Assembly (NCBI GenBank): GCA_001774495.1
Contig: MFAE01000002.1
Span: 42,372 to 106,371, forward strand
DNA: 64,000 nt
Source: Candidatus Campbellbacteria bacterium RIFOXYC2_FULL_35_25
GTDB taxonomy: Bacteria; Patescibacteriota; Minisyncoccia; Phycocordibacterales; UBA12079
Reading direction: 5' to 3'
The translations under genes were made by a program, and so were the position numbers. Numbering within the stretch: the first letter of the stretch is position 1; every line of letters starts with the position of its first letter. The notes beneath the pieces are model-generated. The model saw only the letters and a list, made by a program, of their open reading frames with translations. It was not told the DNA's origin and did not search any database. This document shows positions 9,599 through 18,134 of this stretch, in pieces.

Positions 9599-10372
9599 AT
9601 GAAAATAACAATTTTAGGAAGTGGTTCATTCTATACAAACAAGGAAAGGTCAGGGCCTTCGTATTTGTTAGAAGTTGATGGAAAAAAGATATTAATTGAT
9701 TGCGGTCCTGGAACATTGATGAGACTCTCCCAGCTCGGAGTAAATCCAACAGAAATAGATTATGTATTTATTTCGCATTTTCATGCTGACCATACTAGTG
9801 ATTTATTTGCTTTCCAAATGAACTTCAGATTAAACGACTTTTTTTATGCAAAAAAGTTAGAAAAGTTTCCAACTATTTACGGACCAGTAGGAATTGAAAA
9901 TTTTACTCAAAAATTGTCACAAGCTTATCAGTTACCGGCTTTTGAGGATTGGGTTAACATAAAATATGAGAATCTTAGCAGTACTCTTACGCTTGGGGGG
10001 CTTACAGTGAAATCATTTCGTACAAAACATACTGCTTTTGGGGTTATCGCCGATGCTTACTCATTTAGGTTTGAGTTTGAAGGGAAGTTCGTTGCTTTTT
10101 CTGGTGATAGCATAAAAGACATCGGGGTAGAAAATGCGTCCAAGGATGTAGATTTATTTATTTGTGATTCCTCTTGTACAAAGGGAAATGCTAGTCCGGC
10201 ACATATGGATACTTATGAAATAGGAGAAATCGCTGAAACAAGTAAGGTAAAGAAGGTTGTTTTAAGTCATTTTTATCCAAATACAGAAGATATCGATATG
10301 GTTGGCGAGGTAAAAGAAAAATTCTCAGGTGAAGTCATTCACGGGGAAGATTTTATGGAGTTTAATTTATAA
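9599..10372 (+). CDS. MBL-fold metallo-hydrolase (RNase Z/ElaC-like)
   Basis: LIDCGPG...YVFISHFHADHTSDL matches the HxHxDH metallo-beta-lactamase motif. Confidence 0.7.
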   Translation: MKITILGSGSFYTNKERSGPSYLLEVDGKKILIDCGPGTLMRLSQLGVNPTEIDYVFISHFHADHTSDLFAFQMNFRLNDFFYAKKLEKFPTIYGPVGIENFTQKLSQAYQLPAFEDWVNIKYENLSSTLTLGGLTVKSFRTKHTAFGVIADAYSFRFEFEGKFVAFSGDSIKDIGVENASKDVDLFICDSSCTKGNASPAHMDTYEIGEIAETSKVKKVVLSHFYPNTEDIDMVGEVKEKFSGEVIHGEDFMEFNL

Positions 10373-10641
10373 ATTATTCTATACCGTACAGAGTAGCTTT
10401 CAACTTTCCACTTTCAACTTTTTATCCTATACTAATACCTATGACTGATTTAGAATTAGAAATTCAACTCAAAGAACAAGCTGAAAAATTAGAGAAGATT
10501 TTTGTTTCCTCAGAAAAAGTAAGAAAATATTTTCTTATAATTTTTTGGGTAACTATTATTACTTTTGCCTTACCATTGCTTGGCATGATAATCTTTTTGC
10601 CGACGATAATAAGCACGCTAACAGCAGGGCTTACGATATAA

Positions 10642-11136
10642 ATGAAAAATCAAGAAGTATTAAACAATAATAAAGAAGATTACGGACCTAGCCATAAAGA
10701 ACATATTTTTGCTCAATATAAATTGTATATAACAGGGATTGAGAAATCTAGTGACCGTAGACAAAAAACTAACGATTTTTTTCTTACCATTAACACAGCC
10801 ACTTTAGGTTTTATGGGGGTGGTAAATAAAGTTATTGAAAATGACTCACCTTTTTTGGTGCTAGTTGCATCAATATTTGGAATAATTTTATCAATAATTT
10901 GGTACCGATTAATAAACGCTTATAGAAATATAAATAGAGGAAAATATAAAATCATTCATAAATTGGAGGAACAACTTCCTACAGCCCCTTACAAAATAGA
11001 ATGGGATATATTAGGAAATGGTAAAGACAAGAAAATTTACACACCTATTACTTGTGTAGAAATAGGAGTGCCTGTTATGTTCACCATCCTCTATCTTATA
11101 ATTGTTTCGGTAATTTATTTACCTTATTTTCTCTAA
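10642..11136 (+). CDS. hypothetical membrane protein
   Basis: ORF with TM helices. Follows the 66-aa ORF 10441-10641. Confidence 0.4.
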   Translation: MKNQEVLNNNKEDYGPSHKEHIFAQYKLYITGIEKSSDRRQKTNDFFLTINTATLGFMGVVNKVIENDSPFLVLVASIFGIILSIIWYRLINAYRNINRGKYKIIHKLEEQLPTAPYKIEWDILGNGKDKKIYTPITCVEIGVPVMFTILYLIIVSVIYLPYFL

Positions 11137-11193
11137 CAAAAAATAGTGGATAACTTTTCATCAAAAATTTTTTTCAAATGATACAATTATTCT

Positions 11194-11616
11194 ATGTCTG
11201 ATAATTTTTCCAGCGCCGTTCAATATTTGCAAGAGAATAAAGATAAATATTCTCTTGGTGAATTAAAAGAAAAGCTTAAATTAGCAGGATATTCAGAGGA
11301 TTTAATTTCAAAGGCAGAACAAGCTGTTTCTTCAAATCCAAAACAAAGAGGAAATAACATAAAAGACTTTTTTAAAGGCTTTTTGGGAGTTATTTTAGGG
11401 GTTTTTCTAGTTTTAGGGGTCTTCCGGTTTTTTGTTCCTGTCGTTTCTTTGTTTATTGCTGGTATATTTCTTCTTATAGTTATAATTTTTACTTATTTTA
11501 AGATTAGGAAAAAAAGAAAATATGTTGCAAGAGGGGTTTTGTGGGGATTTTTTCTTTGGTTACTTTTAGTAGCTTTGGTTGGCGCTTTTCTTATTTATTT
11601 GATGATGTTTTGGTAG
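11194..11616 (+). CDS. hypothetical membrane protein
   Basis: Soluble N-domain followed by TM helices. Confidence 0.4.
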   Translation: MSDNFSSAVQYLQENKDKYSLGELKEKLKLAGYSEDLISKAEQAVSSNPKQRGNNIKDFFKGFLGVILGVFLVLGVFRFFVPVVSLFIAGIFLLIVIIFTYFKIRKKRKYVARGVLWGFFLWLLLVALVGAFLIYLMMFW

Positions 11617-11653
11617 TTTTTTTATTTTAATATTATTAATTTTTTATATAATC

Positions 11654-13408
11654 ATGGATAACAATTTTGAGGACAAAACTACAGAGATTCTTAATAGCAG
11701 AATAAATGCTATTCAGTCGAAACTTGAAGAGCACGAAAGAAAAATTAATCTTTTGTTAGAAGAAAAGACCGAAAAATTTTCTAATAATGCTTGGGTTAAG
11801 GGTGCCACGACTACTCCTAGTGGAGCTAGTTCATTAGGAGAAGCTCCTTTGCCGCCATCTCCTACAGATAATCAAAAAACAGGGCCATCTGGTTTTGAAA
11901 GATTTGCTAACTGGTTAAAAGAAGATTGGCTTATAAAATTAGGGGCGCTTATTTTGCTGATAGGTCTTGGGTGGCTCGTGTCTTATGCTTTTCTAAATAA
12001 TTGGATTGGTCCTATGGGGCGTATTTCAATGGGTATTATTCTGGGTGTGGCATTGCTAACTTTCGGTTGGTGGAGAATGAACGAATACAAACATCAGGGG
12101 GGAATTTTTTTGGTGGTTGGTTCAACGGCTATCTTACTAACTATTTTTGCTGCCAGAGAAATATACGGATTCTTTACCCCAACTACCGCCCTCATTATGA
12201 TGTTTTTGAGTACCGCGTTTGTTGCACTAAACAGTGTAAAACACGATAGTCGTTCTCTCGCTATTTCAAGTTTACTTTTAGCAGGCATCGCACCGCTCTT
12301 AACCAATCCCACAGGGCTAACTGATATTGCATGGTTCTCTTATCTCTTTGTGATTACTGCCGGGGCCATATGGGTCGTTTCTCTTACTGGTTGGCGTATC
12401 CTAACATCTTTTTCTTTAATAATGATTGCTTTGTACAGCACTCCTCATTTTAGTTGTTCGTTGAATGAAATCGTTTTGCTTTTTGCCTATGCTTTTGTTG
12501 GAATGTTTTTTATTGTCAACATGCTGGGTTTCTTAAAATTAAAAGCCAAAACTATTGGCCCAGATTTATTTACAGCAGCTGGTAGTGGGTTATTTCTTAT
12601 TGCTTGGATTTTGGCGGCAGCTCAAGATGAATGGAAAAGTCTTATTATGGTGGTTTGGGCATTGGTATTTTCAGTCGGAGCATTTATGGTATTTAAAATT
12701 ACACAGAGAAAAGGTCCTTTCTTTGTCTATCTGGCAGTCAGCCTAGGATTACTAGCCGCCGCTACAGCAGCAGAACTTCAAGGAGCTGCCCTCACGATTG
12801 CTTACACTATTGAGAGCGGACTAGTTTCCATTCTTGCTTATCAAGTTTTACGTAATGTTGATATTGTTAAAAAAACAGCCCTATTATTGATAGGCCCAAT
12901 CTTGTTATCTTTCCAAAGTATGGACGCGTATTCTTGGAGAGAGGGTGTTTTTAATGAAGATTTCTTCGTTCTTCTTATTTTAGCCGTTACTTTGCTTGCA
13001 TCAGGATTTTTCTTCTTAGGCGAAAAAAAGGAAGGAGAAAAAGATTCAATAAATATTGGTGCAATTTTGTTCACCATAGGCACAATTTTTATTTACATTC
13101 TTATCTGGTTATCAACTCACGCTCTTTCTTTTATCGAAAATGATACCGCCACAACAGTCTCTCTGTTTATCTTTACGGTTATAGGAATCGGTACTTATAT
13201 TAAGGGGAAGACAAATGATGTAAAAAGTTTTCGCATCTACGGAGGTTTACTACTATTTTTTGTTGTCGGGAGACTTCTTTTAGTTGATGTTTGGCACATG
13301 GGATTAGGTGAAAGAATTTTTACCTTCCTACTTATCGGAGCGCTTCTTATGAGTACCGCTTTTCTTGGTCGCAAGAAAAAGGAACAAATTAATCTTAATA
13401 ATAATTAA
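11654..13408 (+). CDS. large polytopic membrane protein of unknown function
   Basis: 584 aa with more than 12 predicted TM helices after an N-terminal coiled-coil. Internal ORF-track entries (12001-12249, 12094-12312, 12555-12746, 12841-13083) are overlapping artifacts. Confidence 0.55.
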   Translation: MDNNFEDKTTEILNSRINAIQSKLEEHERKINLLLEEKTEKFSNNAWVKGATTTPSGASSLGEAPLPPSPTDNQKTGPSGFERFANWLKEDWLIKLGALILLIGLGWLVSYAFLNNWIGPMGRISMGIILGVALLTFGWWRMNEYKHQGGIFLVVGSTAILLTIFAAREIYGFFTPTTALIMMFLSTAFVALNSVKHDSRSLAISSLLLAGIAPLLTNPTGLTDIAWFSYLFVITAGAIWVVSLTGWRILTSFSLIMIALYSTPHFSCSLNEIVLLFAYAFVGMFFIVNMLGFLKLKAKTIGPDLFTAAGSGLFLIAWILAAAQDEWKSLIMVVWALVFSVGAFMVFKITQRKGPFFVYLAVSLGLLAAATAAELQGAALTIAYTIESGLVSILAYQVLRNVDIVKKTALLLIGPILLSFQSMDAYSWREGVFNEDFFVLLILAVTLLASGFFFLGEKKEGEKDSINIGAILFTIGTIFIYILIWLSTHALSFIENDTATTVSLFIFTVIGIGTYIKGKTNDVKSFRIYGGLLLFFVVGRLLLVDVWHMGLGERIFTFLLIGALLMSTAFLGRKKKEQINLNNN

Positions 13409-13409
13409 T

Positions 13410-14603
13410 ATGAAATCAAAACTTTTATTTTTCGTTGGTGTAATCTTTTTATCAAGCCTCTTTTCTCTTAATGTTTATGGAAAAGAAATAGAAATAATCG
13501 AAGTTATTCCTAGTTTTAGGCAGTACAAGGACATAAACAATCTTTCTATTGTGGTTCCAACTGTTGTAGAAGTCCCTTTTGACAATGAATATTTTGATAG
13601 ATTTGAGTTCGGAGTTGTCGAGGATGATGGCCCTTTATTTAAACCTTCTTTTTTCAATCGAGACATTATCGAAATTCCTCTAACAGTAAACATCAATGGA
13701 GGAGCGTTAGTTACAGAAATGAATGATAATAATACTAGAACATATTCCGAATTTAGTTTACCCGAAAATGCCCAAGGCTCAGCCCAAATAAATATAGCAG
13801 GAGATAAGCTAATAACCTCGTCTTCTTTAACAGTTCTTCTAGATAACAATGTTGCTTTACCAAGATTTATTGAAATCAGAGCTGAAGTAAACGGAGAAAA
13901 TAAAATTGTTGTGGCACGAAGTGAAATGAAAAGTTCGTCAATTCAATTTCCCAAGACAACTTCTGATAAATGGACTTTTATTTTTACTTATTCTCAACCC
14001 CTTCGTATAACAGAACTACGATTAAACCAAGAAAATAAAACGAAAGAAACACAATCTCTTAGATTTCTTGCTCAACCAGGAAGCACTTATCGAATATATT
14101 TTAATCCAGACCAAAGACCTGGAGATGGTGGAGCTGGTGAGTCTGGCGACTTAAGATCAGATAAGGATGTATTGAGGATAGCCCCTGTTGTTTCTTTAAA
14201 TAATCCATTATATAAAAAAGCTGATATTGACGAAGATGGAATCCCTGATGTAAGTGATAATTGTGTTTTGGTTGCAAATGTGGAGCAAGAAGATGTTGAT
14301 GGTAATGGAAGGGGAGATGTTTGCGATGATTTCGATAAAGATGGATTGATTAACAGTAAAGACAATTGCCCTAACCAACCAAACAGATATCAGGAAGATG
14401 AAGACGGTGATGGGATAGGAAATGTTTGTGACGGAGAAGAAAGTAGAATTACTGAAAAATACCCATGGTTGCCGTGGCTTGGCGTTGGTATCGCCGCTGT
14501 TATACTTGTTGTTTTATTTGTTATTACAGCAAAATCTATGACAGTTAAAAAAGAGGACGACGTTGTTGTAGAGGATAATTCAAATAATTTAGATTCTAAT
14601 TAA
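13410..14603 (+). CDS. secreted/anchored protein with thrombospondin type-3 (calcium-binding) repeats and a C-terminal TM anchor
   Basis: Signal peptide MKSKLLFFVGVIFLSS. Repeated D-x-D-x-D-G-x-x-D-x-x-D-N-C-P motifs (DIDEDGIPDVSDNCV, DVDGNGRGDVCDD, DKDGLINSKDNCPN, DEDGDGIGNVCD). C-terminal hydrophobic helix. Confidence 0.6.
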   Translation: MKSKLLFFVGVIFLSSLFSLNVYGKEIEIIEVIPSFRQYKDINNLSIVVPTVVEVPFDNEYFDRFEFGVVEDDGPLFKPSFFNRDIIEIPLTVNINGGALVTEMNDNNTRTYSEFSLPENAQGSAQINIAGDKLITSSSLTVLLDNNVALPRFIEIRAEVNGENKIVVARSEMKSSSIQFPKTTSDKWTFIFTYSQPLRITELRLNQENKTKETQSLRFLAQPGSTYRIYFNPDQRPGDGGAGESGDLRSDKDVLRIAPVVSLNNPLYKKADIDEDGIPDVSDNCVLVANVEQEDVDGNGRGDVCDDFDKDGLINSKDNCPNQPNRYQEDEDGDGIGNVCDGEESRITEKYPWLPWLGVGIAAVILVVLFVITAKSMTVKKEDDVVVEDNSNNLDSN

Positions 14604-14706
14604 AAGGGCAGAAAATTAATTTAAATTTTAACAAAATAGCAGGTAGCTTACATAACTCCTGTTATTTTGATATAATAACGTTATTATACAATTAATAAAA
14701 TAAATC

Positions 14707-15405
14707 ATGAAAAAAATAAATTTAATTCTAGTTGTGATTTTTGCTTTAGTTTTCGTGCCAGCAATCTCTTTTGCTGATAATGCTAAACAAAATAAAGAAG
14801 AAGAAGAAGAACAAAAAGGAGTTCCGATGTTAATTAGTAACAACGAAGGCCTAGGCGATAATGTGAGCACCACAGAAGCAGAAGATGCTGAAGAAAATGA
14901 CGAGATGGATGATATTGATGCCGTAGATTGTATCGGCGATGATTCCGGAACAACCGATTGCATTAATGATGAAAATGATGATTCTGATTCAGCTCCAAAA
15001 ATGGAAAGAAGAAGAAGCCAGGTTGCAAATGCTGTACAAGAAATGGTTCGAGTTTCTGAAAGAGCTGAAGAAGGAATTGGAGAACAGATTAGAGTTATGG
15101 CTCAAGAACAAGAGCAAGAAAGAGAGAGATTGGAGGCGTCTCTATCAGAAGTTTCAAAAAGAGGAGGTTTCGCAAGATTTTTCATTGGTCCAAATTATAG
15201 TGAAATAAAAAAGGCAGAACAATATGTTGAAAAATATAATGAAAGATTAGAAAAGATGGGAGAATTGTCTGTAGAAGTAACAGGAGAAGATTTTACAACA
15301 GCAATTCAATCCCTAAAAGAAGTTGGTGATGAGTTAGACCAAGAAATCGAAAATCAAAAAGGAGGTTTTAGCCTATTTGGTTGGTTGAACAGATTGTTTA
15401 ACTAA
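14707..15405 (+). CDS. acidic secreted coiled-coil protein, hypothetical
   Basis: Signal peptide, E/D-rich region and a C-terminal amphipathic GGFSLFGWLNRLF segment. Confidence 0.45.
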   Translation: MKKINLILVVIFALVFVPAISFADNAKQNKEEEEEQKGVPMLISNNEGLGDNVSTTEAEDAEENDEMDDIDAVDCIGDDSGTTDCINDENDDSDSAPKMERRRSQVANAVQEMVRVSERAEEGIGEQIRVMAQEQEQERERLEASLSEVSKRGGFARFFIGPNYSEIKKAEQYVEKYNERLEKMGELSVEVTGEDFTTAIQSLKEVGDELDQEIENQKGGFSLFGWLNRLFN

Positions 15406-15432
15406 TTTATCTATCTAACTTTTTCGTCTTTG

Positions 15433-15500
15433 CGAGGAAGTTTCCAAAAAATTTAAAAAACTTGTTACGTAGCATGCTACGTAACAAGTTTTTTAAATTT
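15433..15500. repeat. 68-bp perfect palindrome (family P copy 1) with core GTTACGTAGCATGCTACGTAAC
   Basis: TTTCCAAAAAATTTAAAAAACTTGTTACGTAGCATG | CATGCTACGTAACAAGTTTTTTAAATTTTTTGGAAA, intergenic between two + strand genes. Confidence 0.8.
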
Positions 15501-15601
15501 TTTGGAAACTGACGTGGCAATCCAGAATCATACAGAAAGTAAGGCAAGGCCTTACTTTTACTTTATGGACTTTAAAAACTTTTAACTTTATACTTATATT
15601 C

Positions 15602-16354
15602 ATGAATAAATTAATATTTTTAGATACAGAAACAACAGGCAACGATTTAAAGGAGGATCGTTTGTGTCAGGTTGCCTACAAAATAGAAGGTGAGGAAATA
15701 AAAACCAAAAATTTTAAACCAACAGTTCCCATTTCTATCAAAGCCATGAGTATCACCAATATTACAAATGAGATGGTTGAAAATGAATCAGCCTTTAAGG
15801 GGAGTGCCATGGCCGAGGAATTACAAAGTTTGTTTAAAGATGATGTTCTTGTTGCTCATAATGCCAAATTTGATATCGCTATGTTAGAAAATGAAGGGTT
15901 AGAAATTTCTAATTATATTTGTACATTAAGGTTAGCTAGATATTTAGATGAAGAGCAAGAAATTCCAGAATATAATTTGCAATTCCTAAGATATTATTAT
16001 GCTGTTAAATTTTCCGCCGGAGGCGGATCCGCCTCAGGAGGAGATGTTGAAATAGTTGCTCACAGTGCCGACGGGGATGTCCTTGTACTAGAGGCTGTCT
16101 TTAAGCATCTTTATGCTAAAGCAAAAGAAAAATCTAACAATTCTAGCCACGAAGAAATAATAAAAAGAATGATTGATATTTCCAACAAGCCTTCCCTTAT
16201 TCGAAAATTTGCATTTGGAAAACATATCGGGCGTCTTACGGAAGATGTTTTAAAAGAAGACAGGGGATATTTGGAATGGCTGTTGCGAACAAAAAAAGAA
16301 GAGGGAACTGATGAGGATTGGATTCATACTCTTAATTATTACCTATCTAAATAA
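15602..16354 (+). CDS. DEDD-family 3'-5' exonuclease (DnaQ/Pol III epsilon-like)
   Basis: Exo I motif FLDTETTG, Exo II VAHNAKFDIAML and a C-terminal Exo III region. Contains an in-frame Gly-rich insertion encoded by a palindromic mini-repeat (16015-16050). Confidence 0.7.
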   Translation: MNKLIFLDTETTGNDLKEDRLCQVAYKIEGEEIKTKNFKPTVPISIKAMSITNITNEMVENESAFKGSAMAEELQSLFKDDVLVAHNAKFDIAMLENEGLEISNYICTLRLARYLDEEQEIPEYNLQFLRYYYAVKFSAGGGSASGGDVEIVAHSADGDVLVLEAVFKHLYAKAKEKSNNSSHEEIIKRMIDISNKPSLIRKFAFGKHIGRLTEDVLKEDRGYLEWLLRTKKEEGTDEDWIHTLNYYLSK

Positions 16355-16379
16355 ATAATTCCAAAATCGGCGCATAATT

Positions 16380-16545
16380 TTGTCGTTTTCAGAAAAATTA
16401 TTTTCACCTTATGTTCATAAGGCTCAAACAATTTTTCCTCAACTCCTCGTTCCGCATCCAATTTTGGAATTATTTAAAAAATTACGAACAGAGGCCGGGT
16501 CTCTGCGAAGTGAGAGACGCGGCGTCTGGCAGTAATTTTAAAATA
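16380..16545. repeat. Composite intergenic repeat (family A copy 1 followed by family C copy 1)
   Basis: Family A module CAGAAAAATTATTTTCACCTTA..AAGGCTCAAACAATTTT(C)CTC is shared with 33228-33320 and more loosely with 35582-35700. Family C module GGTCTCTGCGAAG...GGCGTCTGGCAGTAATTTT is shared with 59678-59765. Confidence 0.6.
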
Positions 16546-16604
16546 ACCCAGAAATCAAAAAAGCCTCGCGCTGTGACGCGGGGCTTTCGTCTTCTCAAAA
16601 AAAG

Positions 16605-16889
16605 TTACAGAAATTTCTTCAGTTTGGAAATATAAGGATCTTTCCCTCTTTTTCCACTTTTCCGCCTTCTCTTAGAAGGAAGGTCTCCCAAGAGATTTAT
16701 TGTTGGGATAGGCTCTTGGTGACGAGTCTCGAGAATAAATATTTTCAAAGGATCAGTGTCGCTTTCAACAAGAACGATGTTTGGGTCAGCCCCCAAGAGC
16801 TGTTCTAGCAGAACGCCCTGTGTAACCATTTGATTTTTACCGCAAATTATTAAGGCCATAGTAATAGAACATCGATTGTTTATAGGCAT
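16605..16889 (-). CDS. hypothetical small protein (94 aa)
   Basis: ATG with AGGAGG SD 8 nt upstream. Its promoter region carries the GCTCAAC-N2-GTTGAGC palindrome. Confidence 0.5.
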   Translation of the reverse strand: MPINNRCSITMALIICGKNQMVTQGVLLEQLLGADPNIVLVESDTDPLKIFILETRHQEPIPTINLLGDLPSKRRRKSGKRGKDPYISKLKKFL

Positions 16890-16957
16890 TCTTTTTCCTC
16901 CTAAAGAAATAGTTTAATATTCAAGACCTTTTCTACACAAGAGAATATCACAATTCC

Positions 16958-16976
16958 CTGAACGGCTCAACAGGTT
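16958..16976. promoter_or_regulatory. palindromic operator-like site GGCTCAACAGGTTGAGCT upstream of the 94-aa gene
   Basis: Inverted repeat overlapping a -35-like TTGAGC, with TGTGATATT (extended -10-like) 15 nt downstream on the minus strand. The same architecture recurs at 17478-17503. Confidence 0.4.
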
Positions 16977-17074
16977 GAGCTAGTCAACCGTCTTTGCAAG
17001 GGCAAAGCTCGAAGCAATCCAGAAATTAAAAACCCCCGCATAACACGGGGATTTTGCTCTTCACGAAAGAGACA

Positions 17075-17407
17075 TCAAGTATTTTTTACTAATGAAATAA
17101 ACTGAGTCTCTCTTTTTTTCTTTCCTCCGAGGCCAAGAGATTTTCCCTCTCGTATACTTCTTGCTTGGACAGCCTCTTCTGGGGACACTTGGAGGATAGA
17201 CATCCTTTCCCAAGCTATTAATTGGCACACAGGACATTCCCGAACAAAAATTGATTGGCTCATTTTTGCACAAAGAGCATCTTCATCCTTTGGCTTCTCG
17301 GAAAATTGCCTCTGGATTTCTTCCTGCCTTTGTTTAGGGTAAAGAATACCATGTTTAGCACACAGAACCCATTTTTGATCATCAAAACCGTGCTCGTTTA
17401 AAGACAT
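17075..17407 (-). CDS. hypothetical small protein with CxxC zinc-ribbon-like motif (110 aa)
   Basis: ATG with AAGGAGAG SD. CPVC and additional Cys/His residues. Confidence 0.5.
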   Translation of the reverse strand: MSLNEHGFDDQKWVLCAKHGILYPKQRQEEIQRQFSEKPKDEDALCAKMSQSIFVRECPVCQLIAWERMSILQVSPEEAVQARSIREGKSLGLGGKKKRETQFISLVKNT

Positions 17408-17477
17408 CTTTTCTCTCCTTATCTTGAAGTAAGTTTATTTTCTACACTTTTCCTATTTAGAGAATATCATAATTCCT

Positions 17478-17503
17478 TGAATGGCTCAACCAGTTGAGCC
17501 ATT
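17478..17503. promoter_or_regulatory. perfect palindrome GAATGGCTCAACCAGTTGAGCCATTC in the divergent promoter region between the 110-aa gene and the ECF sigma gene
   Basis: 26-bp perfect inverted repeat sharing the CTCAAC..GTTGAG core with 16958-16976. Followed on the minus strand by AATTATGATATTCTC, as in the other copy. Confidence 0.45.
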
Positions 17504-17557
17504 CAAGGAAACGAAAGAAAATTCTTCCCAATCGTGTATTAAGGTATAATTACCAAT

Positions 17558-18133
17558 ATGCAGACAAGCAAAAATTGTGAGAATAAAACGGACGAAGAGT
17601 TAGTTGACTTAACTTTGAAAGATAAGGACTATTTTGCGTGTATTATAAGTAGATATGAGGAAAAGCTTTTACGGTATATAAAGAGGATCACAAATATGTC
17701 TAATGAAGAATCCGAAGACATTTTGCAAGAAACTTTCATAAAAGCATATTATAATTTAAATAGTTTTGATTTAGATTTGAAATTTTCTTCCTGGATTTAT
17801 CGTATAACCCACAATCAAACAATCAATGCTCACAGAAAAAACAAGGCTCGCCCCCAAGGGAATTCCGTTGATATAGAAGATCATGTTTTAGAAAATATCA
17901 TCCAGGATTTTGATTTTGTTGAAGAGATAGATTCAAAGTATTTAGCCAAAGATATCAAAAAAATTTTGGATAAATTAGACGAAAAATATAAAGAAATTCT
18001 TATACTAAGATTTTTTGAAGAAAAAGATTACAAAGAAATTTCTGATATTTTAAAGAAGCCGATGGGAACGGTCGCCACATTAATCAATAGGGCCAAAAAA
18101 CAGTTTAAAGATGAGTACCAAAAAATAAATTAA
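17558..18133 (+). CDS. ECF-type RNA polymerase sigma-70 family factor
   Basis: Region 2 (ILQETFIKAYYNLNSFD...FSSWIYRITHNQTINAHRK) and region 4 HTH (ILILRFFEEKDYKEISDILKKPMGTVATLINRAKKQFK). Confidence 0.8.
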   Translation: MQTSKNCENKTDEELVDLTLKDKDYFACIISRYEEKLLRYIKRITNMSNEESEDILQETFIKAYYNLNSFDLDLKFSSWIYRITHNQTINAHRKNKARPQGNSVDIEDHVLENIIQDFDFVEEIDSKYLAKDIKKILDKLDEKYKEILILRFFEEKDYKEISDILKKPMGTVATLINRAKKQFKDEYQKIN

Positions 18134-18134
18134 T

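Noticed and set aside
12001-13083. ORF-track entries 12001-12249, 12094-12312(-), 12555-12746 and 12841-13083(-) inside the 584-aa membrane protein gene
   Set aside because: Alternative-frame or antisense ORFs fully nested in a long, well-supported ORF. No independent signals.
16411-16635. 74-aa ORF-track entry spanning repeat families A and C
   Set aside because: Composed of repeat sequence shared with non-coding copies elsewhere, with no RBS. Interpreted as non-coding repeat DNA.
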